Assembly (NCBI GenBank): GCA_963813335.1
Contig: CAWEYL010000001.1
Coordinates: 416,001-480,000 of the forward strand
From: an uncultured Chloroflexia bacterium
GTDB lineage: Bacteria; Chloroflexota; Limnocylindria; Limnocylindrales; CSP1-4
Length of the DNA: 64,000 nt
Reading direction: 5' to 3'
The translations under genes and the position numbers were made by a program. The notes beneath the pieces were generated by a model that worked only from the letters and a program-made list of their open reading frames with translations, was not told the origin of the DNA and made no database searches. Shown in pieces: positions 1-12,278 of this stretch (position 1 is its first letter; every line of letters begins with the position of its first letter).

Positions 1-1257
1 AGGGGCCGAAGTACCTCAACTCCGCGGCCACGCCGCTCTTCGACAAGAGCCGCACGCTCTACCTCATCGACAAGGCGAAGGGCCCGATCCGCCGCAGCGG
101 CGGCCAGGCCGTGATCGTCGAGGGCTACACCGACGCGCTGATGGCCCACCAGGCCGGCTTCGACAACGTCGTGGCCAGCCTCGGGACCGCGCTGACGCCC
201 GGCCAGGTCGCGCTGCTCACCCGCTACGCGGACCGGATCGTCCTCGCCTACGACGTCGACGCGGCCGGCGAGAAGGCGGGCACGCTCGGGGTCCAGGCGC
301 TCGCCGGGCTGGTCGGCCAGCTCCAGTCGGACTCGTCCGGCGTCAAGCTCGAGGACGTCCGGGTCGCGCGGCTCCCCGACGGCAAGGATCCCGACGAGGT
401 CGTGCGCGAGTCGCCCGAGGCGTGGACCGCGGCGATCGCGGCCGCCAAGCCGCTCGTCGAATACCTGATCGGCCACCACGCGGCGCGCTTCGACCTCAAG
501 CAGTCGTCCGGGCGCGATCGGCTTCGTCGAGGCGGTCATGCCGTCCATCCGCGACATCGCCGACCCGCTCCGCCGCGACGAGGCGCTCCAGGAGGTCCGC
601 CGCGTGTCGGGCGTGGAGGAGAAGGTCCTGCACCAGGTCCTCGAGCGCCGGCTGGCGGCCGCGGGCCCGGGCCGCGCCGGCGACCAGCAGGGCCGCATCA
701 CCGCGGACTCGGTCCTGGCCTCGCCGGACGCCCTGCCGATCAACGACATCCTCCGCGCGGTGACGCCAGTCGAGGCCGAGCTCCTGCGCCTGCTGCTCCT
801 CATCCCGGACCTCCAGCTCAAGGTCGTCGACGAGCTCGGTCCGGACCAGCTGCCTTCGACGGTCGCGCGCGAGCTCTTCCGGGCGATCGTGCTCCAGCGC
901 GAGTCCAACGACCAGGGCGTCCACCCGCCGTTCGACGCCGCCGTGCTCCTGGCCGGCCTCGACGATGAAACGGCCGCCCTCGCCCGGGCGTTGTATGCGA
1001 AGCCGGGGCCGGACCCGCGGACGCTCGGCGGGAGCCAGCTCGACTACGAGGTCGGCCGCCTCCTCCTCGATCTCGAGGACGAGCGGCTGCGCGAGCGCAG
1101 CGACTACAACGAGGCCGCCCAGGGGGAGGCCGACCGGGCCGGCGACGCCGAGGCGATCGCCCGCCTGATGCTCGAACGAAAGCAGATCAACGAAGCGCGC
1201 CGGTCGCTCGACCGACGTCGAGACCAGACCCGGCTGCTCGTCAGCCACCGGAGGTAA
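1..1257 (+). CDS. dnaG: DNA primase (5' truncated by window; +1 frameshift near 517)
   Basis: PKYLNS..TPLFDKS, VEGYTD, YDVDAAG and KDPDE Toprim motifs in the frame of ORF 111; C-terminal domain continues in ORF 538..1257; directly upstream of rpoD. Confidence 0.93.
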
Positions 1258-1259
1258 CC

Positions 1260-2993
<1,734 letters not shown>

Positions 2994-3088
2994 GCCTGGC
3001 CGCCGCGGAGGCGCCGCAGCGGGTCGCCGGGGCCGCCGGGGCCGCCTCGAGGGCGGTTCCCGGAGGCACCGGAATCGGGCTCGCGCCG

Positions 3089-3117
3089 TTGTCTGCGGCA
3101 TAGCCCACGAGTACTAT
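3089..3117 (+). promoter_or_regulatory. Sigma70-type promoter of the 3144 gene
   Basis: TTGTCT (3089-3094), 17 bp spacer, TACTAT (3112-3117); short leader hairpin ACCCCT/AGGGGT then AGGA. Confidence 0.65.
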
Positions 3118-3143
3118 CCGACCCCTTCCCAGGGGTAGGACGA

Positions 3144-4127
3144 ATGTACTCATCCGAACTCGAACCAGCCGGCGCGACCGGCACTCCCGACACGATAGCG
3201 GAGGGCGTCACGCTCGCCGCCGTGGCCGATCCGCCGATCGCGCTCGAGGCGCCGCGGCGCAACCGCGGGTTCCTCGACGAGCTCGCCCAGGCCATGCAGT
3301 CCGCGGCCGAACGCGAACGCGAGCGGCTGGCGACCGAGGTCGATGGCGTCGCGGGGACGCACGTCGAGAAGGTCCGCGCCCGCGGCGCGGCCGAGGCCGA
3401 GGAGCTGCGCAAGCTCGCCGAGGACGACATCACCGGGATCCACGCCTGGACCAAGGCCGAGACGGTGCGCATCCGCGAGGAAGCGGAGCGGCGCATCGGC
3501 ACCCGGCGCGTCGAGCTCGACAGCTATCTCGTGCGCCACACCGAGCTGATCGACGGCGAGGTGGGGCACATCGGCGGCGCGGTCGAGCAGTACCACCACG
3601 AGCTGGACGCGTTCTTCGGCCGGCTCGCGGCCGAGACGGACCCGGCGGAGTTCGCCCGACTCGCCGACGACCTCCCCGAGCCGCCCGACCTCGCGAAGGT
3701 GGGCGCCGATGCGCGCGCCGCCGCGGTCGCCGAGCTGGCTCGCGAAGAGGATCCGCCGCAGTCGATCGACCGCGGCGACGGCCCCGGCCCCGCCGCCGGC
3801 GGTTCGCAGCAGCTGGGCGCCTTCGACCCCGGCGCACGCGGACCCGAGCTCGTCCCGGTGATGGACGAGGCCAATGGCACGGCAGAGCGGCCGAGCGAGG
3901 CCGAGACTCCGGCCGCGGCCGGCGAGCCCACGCTCCCGGAAGGCGCCGTGGCGTCCGTCCGGATGCCGATCGAGACGGTCATCCCCGCGGTCGCCGGTCC
4001 GACCCCGCCACCCGCCGCACCCGCCAGGACGTCGACCACCCCGGTGGCCGCCGCGGCCGAGGCGACCATGCGGTTCCTCCGCTCGCTGGCCCACCAGCCT
4101 CGACCGGCGTCGCAGCACAAGGACTGA
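3144..4127 (+). CDS. Hypothetical coiled-coil protein with Pro/Ala-rich disordered C-terminal half
   Basis: Own promoter and SD; GC3-rich frame; helical E/R/A-rich segment. Confidence 0.75.
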   Translation: MYSSELEPAGATGTPDTIAEGVTLAAVADPPIALEAPRRNRGFLDELAQAMQSAAERERERLATEVDGVAGTHVEKVRARGAAEAEELRKLAEDDITGIHAWTKAETVRIREEAERRIGTRRVELDSYLVRHTELIDGEVGHIGGAVEQYHHELDAFFGRLAAETDPAEFARLADDLPEPPDLAKVGADARAAAVAELAREEDPPQSIDRGDGPGPAAGGSQQLGAFDPGARGPELVPVMDEANGTAERPSEAETPAAAGEPTLPEGAVASVRMPIETVIPAVAGPTPPPAAPARTSTTPVAAAAEATMRFLRSLAHQPRPASQHKD

Positions 4128-4160
4128 CGCCGGCGCGCGTCGGGCGGCCCCGGACGGGGA

Positions 4161-4943
4161 TCAGCGCCGCAGCGCCCAGCGTTCCGGCGTCAACCCGATG
4201 GGCTCCGTCGGGGCCGCCGCGCCGAGGCGGCGCAGCCGTCCCGTCATCCAGTCCCGGTACCACGGCGACCACGTCCGGGCACCGGCCCGCCCGCCGTTGC
4301 CATCGTGGTACTCGGCGTACGACCGCCCGAACGGCGCCTCCAGCGGATCGCGGGTCGAGGTGAAGTCGCCGGCGTCATGGAGGCCGGGGAGCAGGTCCGG
4401 CCCGATCCCCAGGCCGCGGTAGACCGACTCGACCTGGTGGAGCCACTCGTGGACGTAGCCTTGCTCGGGATCGGGGTCAGTGGCGAGCGTCGGCCAGTGG
4501 TCGGTCGAGATCGAGCTGAAGCCGGCGCCGAAGGTCGCGTCCGACGGCCCGATCGTGCAGCCCCAGCCGCACTGCGGGACCTCGGGATCGCACGGCCAGA
4601 GCGCGTAGACGGAGTCGTAGCGGCCGGGACCGGCGTGCTCCTCGAGCGCGGCACGGACCTCGCGCGGCCCCACCCACCAGTGGCCGCCACCACTCGATGA
4701 CAGGGACGGGATCGGCCGGCGCACCTCGATGATGTCGAGCGGGGCGAGCTCGGCCAGCCCGTCGCTCCAGCTCCGGACGGTGTCGGGCAGCCGCTCGACG
4801 ACGCCTTCGACGACCGCGCGCTCCTCGCGGGTCATCACCCGGCGCGCTCGCTTGCGCAGCAGCCCGGAACCCCACCGGGCGTCGATCACCGGGTAGAGCA
4901 GTACCAGCGTCCGGAAGCGCTGCGCGGTCGGGGCGTCCGTCAT
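4161..4943 (-). CDS. Putative zinc metallopeptidase-like protein (HEXXH)
   Basis: C-terminal part of ORF 4161..5972 from MTDAPT; YVHEWLHQVE...LHD motif; TACCCT 6 nt before ATG. Confidence 0.7.
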   Translation of the reverse strand: MTDAPTAQRFRTLVLLYPVIDARWGSGLLRKRARRVMTREERAVVEGVVERLPDTVRSWSDGLAELAPLDIIEVRRPIPSLSSSGGGHWWVGPREVRAALEEHAGPGRYDSVYALWPCDPEVPQCGWGCTIGPSDATFGAGFSSISTDHWPTLATDPDPEQGYVHEWLHQVESVYRGLGIGPDLLPGLHDAGDFTSTRDPLEAPFGRSYAEYHDGNGGRAGARTWSPWYRDWMTGRLRRLGAAAPTEPIGLTPERWALRR

Positions 4944-5012
4944 GGACGGAGGGTATCGCGCCCGGCCGCCCGGCTGCCCGAGCCGCCGGGTGGCCCTGCT
5001 AGCATCCGGTCG

Positions 5013-5948
5013 ATGGCAGCGAAGCGAACGGCCAAGGCGTCGCCAGCCTCGGGGACAGGACCCGGTCCGCTCGTCGACGTCGCGTGGCTGGCGGCCCACC
5101 TCGACGACCCGGACGTGCGCGTCGTGCACGTCTCGCCGGACAAGCGCGTCTACAACAAGCGCCACATCGCCGGCGCGACCTACTCCGACCTGCACAAGGA
5201 GCTGGCCCTCAAGGGCCGGGCGCCCGAGACCGGCGACGCCGAGCGCGAGTGGCTGGTGCCCTCGCGCGAGCAGGCGGAGGCCGTGCTCCGCCGCTGGCGG
5301 GTCGGCGAGGGCGACCGGATCGTCTTCTACGACGACATCGGGATGAACCGCCAGGCGATCCGCGGCTACTGGCTGATGCGCCTTTACCGCTTCCCGCAGG
5401 ACCGCCTGCACATCCTCGACGGCGGCATCGAGGCGTGGCGGCGCGCGGGCCAGGCGACGACCACGGAGCTCCCCGAGGCGGACCTCGCCGACGGGCTCCG
5501 CCGGCCGGTCGCCCTCGGCGAGCGCGACGATGACCTGATCGCGACCTACGACCAGGTCCTCGCCTGGAGCCGCGAATCGACCGCCGGCTCCGGTCCCGCC
5601 GCGGACCGACCGACGCGGATCCTCGACGTCCGGACGGCGGGCGAGTACGTCGGCACGGACCTGCGGGCCGCACGCGGCGGTCATATCCCGGGCGCCCGGC
5701 AGCGCTGCTTCGTGGACCTGCTGACCGACGAGGGCACGTTCCGCCCGGTCGACGACATGGTCGCGCTCGTGCGCGCGTCGGGCGCCGACCCGTCCGAGAT
5801 CCGCGCCACGTACTGCCAGGGCGGCGTCCGGGCCGCGCTGGTCTGGTTCGTCCTCCGCGAGCTGGCCGGCTTCGACGGCGTCCGCAGCTATGCCGGATCG
5901 TGGGAGGAGTGGGGGAACCGCCCCGACAGCCCGATCGAGGCACCCTAG
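5013..5948 (+). CDS. Tandem-domain rhodanese/sulfurtransferase
   Basis: HIAGA, LDGG, LDVRTAGEY, GHIPGA, active-site YCQGGVR, YAGSWEEW. Confidence 0.93.
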   Translation: MAAKRTAKASPASGTGPGPLVDVAWLAAHLDDPDVRVVHVSPDKRVYNKRHIAGATYSDLHKELALKGRAPETGDAEREWLVPSREQAEAVLRRWRVGEGDRIVFYDDIGMNRQAIRGYWLMRLYRFPQDRLHILDGGIEAWRRAGQATTTELPEADLADGLRRPVALGERDDDLIATYDQVLAWSRESTAGSGPAADRPTRILDVRTAGEYVGTDLRAARGGHIPGARQRCFVDLLTDEGTFRPVDDMVALVRASGADPSEIRATYCQGGVRAALVWFVLRELAGFDGVRSYAGSWEEWGNRPDSPIEAP

Positions 5949-6058
5949 CCGCGGCCCGTCCGACCCGCCCACGCCCTCGTGCTATCCTGTCGCGCGGCGT
6001 CGATTCGGCGCCCACTCGCGAGCGGTCCCGGCGTCTGCCCGGGGCCCCGCGTCTCCGC

Positions 6059-6133
6059 TCCGGCGTAGCTCAGTGGTAGAGCGGGCGACTGTTAATCGCT
6101 TGGTCGTAAGTTCGAATCTTACCGCCGGAGCCA
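6059..6133 (+). tRNA. tRNA-Asn(GTT)
   Basis: Acceptor TCCGGCG/CGCCGGA, D-arm AGCTCAGTGGTAGAGC, anticodon loop CT-GTT-AA, GTTCGAAT, encoded CCA. Confidence 0.97.
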
Positions 6134-6490
6134 CTCCTTCCCGACCCGATGCCCCGGTCCGGTGCGTCCGGACACCCCTCGACGGCGCCTTCGCCATCGC
6201 CGGCCGGCGCAGCGCAGCCGATGGCTGCCAGGCTCCCGGTCGACCGCGCACCGCGGCCCCCTGGGCGGTCCGGTGCGGAGCCGTGGTCCAGGGTGGGTTC
6301 GGGCGTCCCGATGGTCACCCGAGCTCGTAGGACTCGGCGGGCCGCCTCGTCGTCGGCAGATGCGGTGACTCCCTGCACATAGGCCGCGGCTGACGAATGG
6401 GCCGGTACGTTTCGACGCCCGCGGCGGGTATGAATCACGGGCATTCATCCGCCTCGGGTCCCCCGGGGCAGCCGCTAGTGAGAACGACGC

Positions 6491-7718
6491 ATGCCCGTCC
6501 TGCGCCGCCGCCGGGTCGCCGACCGATCGGTCCTCGCCGCCTGGTCCGTGGCCGCCCTCGTCTGGGCAGCGGCGATCCCCCTGGCGACGCCGGCGCTTGC
6601 GGCAGGCCACGGCGCCCTGTTCGCGGTCGATGTCGAGCCGGATACCGCCAGCGACGTCACCGGGACGACGTTCGTGCTGCAGGCGACCCTGTACGACGCC
6701 GCCAACAACGTCTACGACGGCCCCGGGACCGACACGCACATCCGGTTCATCTGGGACGTCGGCACCCCGAACGAGCAGCCGGAGATGAGCTGCGATACCG
6801 GCACGAACGGCACGTGCTCGGTCAGCTACCAGGCCGACAATCCGGGCGAGGACACGATCTGCGTCCAGGCTGATGATGCCAAGTCCAAGTGCGGTCCGGT
6901 CGCCAGCCAAGAGCGCAACGACCTCGAAGACTGGATCTGGCGGACCGCGACCGAACCCACGCCCACGCCCACGCCCACCCCGACGCCCACGCCCACCCCC
7001 GACGCCCACGCCCACGACCCCCACGCCCACCCCGACCCCCACGCCCACCCCGACCCCCACGCCCACCCCGACCCCCACGCCCACCCCGACCCCCACGCCC
7101 ACCCCGACCCCCACGCCCACCCCGACCCCCACGCCCACCCCGACCCCCACGCCCACCCCGACCCCCACGCCCACCCCGAAGCCCACCCCGGCCCCGACGC
7201 CGAAGCCGACACCAGCCCCCACACCGACCCCGACTCCAACGCCCGAAGCCGTCGTCGCGCCGACCCCGACCCCCACGCCCACGCCGACCGCGACGCCGAA
7301 TCCCACCCCGACCCCGAGCGCGACGCCTGATCCGTCGCCGTCGCCGGTGATCGCACCCCTCCCATCACCGACCCAGACCCCGACCCCGACGGCGCCGCCG
7401 CACAGATCGACCGCGGTCGTCGGCACGACCGGCGCTGGGCCGGTCCCGGGTCCGAGCCCGGATCACGGCGGTCGCAAGCCGGTCGGTATCGTCGACGAGA
7501 TCAGCGACAACGTCGCCGCCGGTGTCTCGACCGTCGTCAAGCCCGCCGCGGCCGCCGCGGTCGCCACGACCTTCAGCTTCCCGCTGGCCCTGATGCTGAT
7601 CGTGCTCCTCTTCCTGCTCGTCCAGTCGCGCGTCGACCGTCGCGACCCGCGACTGAAGCAGGCCGTCGGCGCCGGACCGGAGGCGCTCATCGGCTTCGAG
7701 GACGAGGAACTCCTGTGA
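6491..7718 (+). CDS. Secreted, C-terminally membrane-anchored protein: signal peptide, Cys-containing beta-rich (Ig-like) domain, Pro/Thr stalk, TM helix (+1 frameshift in C5 run ~6996-7000)
   Basis: ORF 6491 gives signal peptide (…TPALA) and domain; ORF 6873 frame gives (PT)n and [26 protein letters not shown]; removing one C joins them. Confidence 0.75.
7017..7178 (+). repeat. 9 perfect tandem copies of 18-bp ACCCCCACGCCCACCCCG encoding (TP)n
   Basis: Read directly; degenerate copies flank it from ~6955 to ~7320. Confidence 0.95.
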
Positions 7719-10297
7719 CCGCTCGGGCGGCCACCGGTGCGGTGAACCCGCCGCTCCCAGTTCCGGCCGCATCCGCGATCGGTGGCCACGACCAGGCCCA
7801 CGCGGGCCGCGGGGACTTCACGTCGCTCAGCGACCGGATGTCGCACCTGCTCATCCTGCGGGTGGCGATCGGCGTGATCGTCTCCCTCTGGGCCGTGCTG
7901 GCACCCGAGGCGCTGGTCGAGCCGCTCGGGACGATCGGGGCCTGGACCGCCGCCTATCTCGCGTTCGCGGTCATCGGGGAGTGGGCCCGGCAGCGGACCA
8001 CCCGGTTCAATTACTGGATCCTCACCGGCCTGCTCCTGATGGACGGCGTCTACCTTGCCGCCGCGATGTACGCGACGGGCGGGACGCAGAGTCCGATCCG
8101 GTTCGTCGTCTACCTCCACCTCGTGGCGGTCTCGCTGCTGGCCTCGTACCGGACCGGCCTCAAGATCGCCCTATGGCACTCGCTGCTGCTGTTCGTCCTC
8201 CTCTATGCGCAGGCCGCCCGTCTCGTTACCGCGATCGAGGTCACTCCCGGGGTCGGCATCGAATTCGACCAGATGCCGGTCCTCAACGTCACGTCCTTCT
8301 GGCTGTTCGCGATCGCGACCTCGATCTTCTCCGCGCTCAACGAGCGCGAACTGCGACAGCGCCGCGCCGACCTGCAGGCGCTCGTCGACGTCGGCGCCAA
8401 GCTCGACACCGTCGCGGACGCGATCCGGCAGGCCGAGCTCGTGCTCGAGGCCCTCGTCGGACGCTTCGGCTTCGAGCGCGGCGTGCTGCTCGGCGAGTCG
8501 GATCGGCGGGTCGTCGTCCTCGCGACGCACGGCACGGCCGAGGCGCCGACGACCTCGAACGACCCCGACTGGATCGTGAGCCGCGCCTGGGAGCGCCGCG
8601 AGACCCTGCCCGTCAAACACCTCGACCCGACGCGCGACCCGCTGCTCGCGAAGCTCATGCCCGACGCGCGGAACGTCCTGGTCGCTCCGATGATCGCGGA
8701 CGGCCGGACGATCGGGGCCATCGTCGTCGAGCATCGCGCCCGGCGCCGGCCCGGCGTCGAGCGGCGCGTCGCGGCGATGCTCGGCCAGTTCGCGGCGATC
8801 GCCGCGCTGAACCTGCGCAACGCCGTGCTCCTCCAGCACGTGCAGGACCTCGCCGAGCGCGACTCCCTGACCGGCGCCGCCAACCGCCGCATGTTCCAGC
8901 TGGCGCTCGAGCGCGTCCTCGGTGCCAAGAAGGACGCCCATCCAGAGGACAAGGTCACCGCGGTCCTCTTCCTCGACCTCGACGACTTCAAGGTCGTGAA
9001 CGATACGCTCGGCCACGGGGCCGGCGACGCGCTCCTCGTGGCGGTCACCGAGCGCATCGAGGGGCTCGTCCGCGAGGGTGACCTGGTCGCCCGCCTCGGC
9101 GGCGACGAATTCGCGGTCCTCATCGAGGACGAGCCGTCGCTCAGCCGGGCCCGCTCGATGGCGGCACGCCTGGTCTACGAGCTCCGCGCGCCGTACATCC
9201 TCGGCGACAAGCACGTGGTGGTGTCCGCGTCGGTGGGCATCGCCAGTGCCCGCGATGCGATCGCGGGCGCGGCGGACCTCGTCCGCAATGCCGACGTCGC
9301 GATGTACATGGCCAAGGCCAACGGCAAGTCCGGCTTCTCGGTCTTCGACCCCGGCATGCACGAGGCCATGCGCGAGCGCCACGAGCTCAGCGTCGACCTC
9401 CAGCGCGCGGCGGACCTCGACCAGCTGGCCCTGATGTTCCAGCCGATCGTGAACCTCAAGACGGGCGGCTTGGCCGGTGTCGAGGCGCTCGTGCGCTGGC
9501 ACCACCCGGTGCATGGCCTGATCATGCCGGACCGCTTCATCGAGATCGCCGAGGAGACCGGGACGATCCTCCCGATCGGCCATTGGGTGCTCCGCCACGC
9601 GTGTCTCGAGGCCGCGGACTGGCTGGCCGAGGGGCAGGTCCCGCCCGAGACGTTCGTCAGCGTCAACGTGTCGGCCCGCGAGATCCAGCAGCTCGGCTTC
9701 GTCGACGGCGTCAAGGCCGTGCTCGGCGAGTCCGGCCTCGATCCGAAGCGCCTGGTCCTCGAGATCACCGAGACCGCGCTGCTGCGCGCCACGCCGACGA
9801 CGGTCGCCACACTCGAGGCGGTCCGGGCGATGGGCGTGCGCACCGTCATCGACGACTTCGGGACCGGCTACTTCTCGCTCAGCCACCTGCGCCAGTTCCC
9901 GGTCGATGCGCTCAAGATCGCCAAGGAGTTCGTGCAGGACGTCGACGAGGCGTCCAAGTCGTCTGCGCTGGCCGGCGCGATCATCGCGATGAGCCGCTCG
10001 CTCGGCATCGAGACTGTCGCGGAGGGGATCGAGACGTCCGAGCAGGCGGACCGGATGCAGCGCCTCGGCTGCGCCTTCGGCCAGGGCTACGCGTTCGCGC
10101 GCCCGATGGATGTCGCCGACCTGCTGGCGAGCTTCGGGGTCATGCCCGCCGAGATCGCCGCATCCGCCCCGGCGGCCAGGGCCGCCACGAAGCGGACGAA
10201 GGCGACTGTCGAGGCGGCGGTCGACGCCACCACGCGACGCGTCGCGGCCAAGGTCGTGCCGCCGACCCGGCCGACGCGCCGACCGGCCGGCGCCTGA
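7715..10297 (+). CDS. Membrane diguanylate cyclase/phosphodiesterase (multi-TM, GAF, GGDEF, EAL)
   Basis: [26 protein letters not shown]-site, RLGGDEF, VEALVRW, DDFGTG, VAEGIE; GTGA overlap with upstream gene. Confidence 0.95.
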   Translation: MTARAATGAVNPPLPVPAASAIGGHDQAHAGRGDFTSLSDRMSHLLILRVAIGVIVSLWAVLAPEALVEPLGTIGAWTAAYLAFAVIGEWARQRTTRFNYWILTGLLLMDGVYLAAAMYATGGTQSPIRFVVYLHLVAVSLLASYRTGLKIALWHSLLLFVLLYAQAARLVTAIEVTPGVGIEFDQMPVLNVTSFWLFAIATSIFSALNERELRQRRADLQALVDVGAKLDTVADAIRQAELVLEALVGRFGFERGVLLGESDRRVVVLATHGTAEAPTTSNDPDWIVSRAWERRETLPVKHLDPTRDPLLAKLMPDARNVLVAPMIADGRTIGAIVVEHRARRRPGVERRVAAMLGQFAAIAALNLRNAVLLQHVQDLAERDSLTGAANRRMFQLALERVLGAKKDAHPEDKVTAVLFLDLDDFKVVNDTLGHGAGDALLVAVTERIEGLVREGDLVARLGGDEFAVLIEDEPSLSRARSMAARLVYELRAPYILGDKHVVVSASVGIASARDAIAGAADLVRNADVAMYMAKANGKSGFSVFDPGMHEAMRERHELSVDLQRAADLDQLALMFQPIVNLKTGGLAGVEALVRWHHPVHGLIMPDRFIEIAEETGTILPIGHWVLRHACLEAADWLAEGQVPPETFVSVNVSAREIQQLGFVDGVKAVLGESGLDPKRLVLEITETALLRATPTTVATLEAVRAMGVRTVIDDFGTGYFSLSHLRQFPVDALKIAKEFVQDVDEASKSSALAGAIIAMSRSLGIETVAEGIETSEQADRMQRLGCAFGQGYAFARPMDVADLLASFGVMPAEIAASAPAARAATKRTKATVEAAVDATTRRVAAKVVPPTRPTRRPAGA

Positions 10298-10378
10298 GCC
10301 GGCGAGGGTCAGGATGGCACGATCCGACTGGGCGCGGCCCGACGTGGCCTTGCCCGACGCGGGACGACCGTGGGACGC

Positions 10379-11008
10379 CTATCCGTCGTTGACGACGGGC
10401 GCCTGGCCGACGAGAGCGCCGTCGGCGAGTTCGCGGACGAGGAGATCGGCGAGGTTCGCGCGCGAGATCGGCGCGACGGTCGAGCCGGTGAGCGGGCCCG
10501 CGACGACGCGTCCCGTCCGCGGCCCGTCCGTCAGGCGCACGGCACGCACGAGCGTCCAGTCCGCCGTCGAAGCCCGGATCCGCTCGGCGGTCAGGACGAT
10601 ATCGCGGTAGGCGGTGGGCCTGACGGCGTAGGCCAGCCGGAGCCGGGCACGGTCGCCTCGCCCGAGCCGGTCCGCGGGGTCGCCCACGGCCGCGTGACTG
10701 ACCGCGACCAGGCGATGCACGCCGTGCTCGGCCATCGCGCCGAGGATCGCGGCCGTGCCGTCCGAGATCGCGTGCGCGTCGCCGCCCGGCTTCGGCCCGA
10801 GCAGGCTCACGACGGCGTCCGCCTCGGCGATCGCCCGGTCGATCGCGGCGACGTCGCCGAGCGAGCCGGCCGTGATCGTCAGGCGCGCCAGTCGCTCCAG
10901 GCGCGCGGGGTCCCTGGCGTAGGCCGTCACCGTGTGGCCCGCCAGCAGCGCCGCGTCGATCGTGAGCCGGCCGGTCGGCCCGGTGCCCCCGAAGATCGCG
11001 ATCCTCAT
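10379..11008 (-). CDS. NAD(P)H-binding oxidoreductase (flavin/biliverdin reductase-like)
   Basis: MRIAIFGGTGPTG Rossmann motif, DWTLVR, ISRANLA. Confidence 0.88.
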   Translation of the reverse strand: MRIAIFGGTGPTGRLTIDAALLAGHTVTAYARDPARLERLARLTITAGSLGDVAAIDRAIAEADAVVSLLGPKPGGDAHAISDGTAAILGAMAEHGVHRLVAVSHAAVGDPADRLGRGDRARLRLAYAVRPTAYRDIVLTAERIRASTADWTLVRAVRLTDGPRTGRVVAGPLTGSTVAPISRANLADLLVRELADGALVGQAPVVNDG

Positions 11009-11679
11009 CGCTGCGCCACCGTGCCCGACGCGTCCGCTGCGCTCGTCGGCACGCCCCTCGCGTCCGCCGGCGCGTCGAGGTGGCAGTCCTCGTTCCAGGT
11101 CTCGATGACCGGACGGTCGCGGTCCCAGCCGAGGATCGACACGGTCGCGGTCGAGAGGGCGAAGAGCCCGCCCGAGGCGCCGGGCATCCCGAGCCACCGC
11201 GCGCCGAGGACGCGCAGCAGGTGGCCGTGGCTGAAGAGCAGGGTGTCGCCCCCGATGCCGGACGCCAGGCAGCGGGCGATGACCCGGTCCGCGCGGGCGG
11301 TGACGTCGTCGATGGTCTCGCCACCGGGCCAAGGGCCGGACCAGATGGACCAGTCCGGGAACTCGGCACGGATGTCGGCGGTCAGGCGGCCCTCGAGCGC
11401 GCCATAGTCCCACTCCATGAGGTCCGGGTCGGGCTCGGCGAGCTCGCCGAACCCGGCGAGCCGCGCGGTGTCGGCCGCGCGGGAGAGGGGACTCGTCAGG
11501 ACGAGGGCGAACGCGTGGCCCTCGAGCCGCCGGCCGAGGGCCCCGGCCTGCGTTCGCCCGACCCCGGTCAACGGGATGTCGGTCCGACCGGTATGGCGGC
11601 CGAGGCGCGCCCACTCGGTCTCGCCATGGCGGACCAGCCAGACCTGGCGCTCGGGTGCGCCCTGCGGCACGTCCGTCAT
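11005..11679 (-). CDS. Histidine phosphatase family protein
   Basis: LVRHGETEW, SPLSRA, EWDYG, SHG motifs. Confidence 0.92.
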   Translation of the reverse strand: MTDVPQGAPERQVWLVRHGETEWARLGRHTGRTDIPLTGVGRTQAGALGRRLEGHAFALVLTSPLSRAADTARLAGFGELAEPDPDLMEWDYGALEGRLTADIRAEFPDWSIWSGPWPGGETIDDVTARADRVIARCLASGIGGDTLLFSHGHLLRVLGARWLGMPGASGGLFALSTATVSILGWDRDRPVIETWNEDCHLDAPADARGVPTSAADASGTVAQR

Positions 11680-12278
11680 CCGGCGGACCCGGCGTCCGAT
11701 CCATCGCCCGTGTCCAGCGCCACGTCCGGGCGGGTCGCGGCGGCCGGATCCGGCGTGAAGAAGTCCCGGGGCCGCCAGCCGAGCAGCCCGGCCAGCATGT
11801 TCGTCGGGACCTGCGAGATCCTCGTGTTGTAGCGATAGACCTGGTCGTTGTAGAGCTCGCGGCGGTCCGCGATGATCCCCTCGAGGCGCTCGATCTCGGA
11901 CTGCAGGTCGGCCACGTTGGCCGCCGACTTGATGTCGGGGTAGCGCTCGACCGTCGCGAACAGGGTTCGGATCGCCGCGCTCGTCTGGGCGGAGACCCCG
12001 GCCTGCGCGGGGATCGGGGCGCTCGGCGCGTAGGCGGCACGGGCACGGGTGACCTCGGTGAGGACGTCGCGCTCGTAGGTCATCAGGCCCCGGACGGCCT
12101 CCACCAGACTGGGCAGCTGATCGTGGCGCTGCTGCAGCGCCACGCCGATGTTCGCCCACGCCTTGTCGATCCGCTGTCGGAGTGCCATGACAGCGTTGTA
12201 GCTTGCTACCACGATGTACGCCACGACGAGCACCACGACCCCGATCGCGAAGACGGCCGCGTAGGACGCTGCGTTCAC
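11676..12278 (-). CDS. lemA: LemA family protein
   Basis: N-terminal TM, AWANI..LQQRHD.LP.L, ERYPDIKS, RRELYN..V..YN. Confidence 0.92.
   Translation of the reverse strand: MNAASYAAVFAIGVVVLVVAYIVVASYNAVMALRQRIDKAWANIGVALQQRHDQLPSLVEAVRGLMTYERDVLTEVTRARAAYAPSAPIPAQAGVSAQTSAAIRTLFATVERYPDIKSAANVADLQSEIERLEGIIADRRELYNDQVYRYNTRISQVPTNMLAGLLGWRPRDFFTPDPAAATRPDVALDTGDGSDAGSAG

Noticed and set aside
505-540. Programmed frameshift in dnaG
   Set aside because: No slippery sequence; similar single-base insertions occur across the window.
6955-7320. Repeat array as CRISPR
   Set aside because: No spacers or cas genes; it encodes a Pro/Thr linker.
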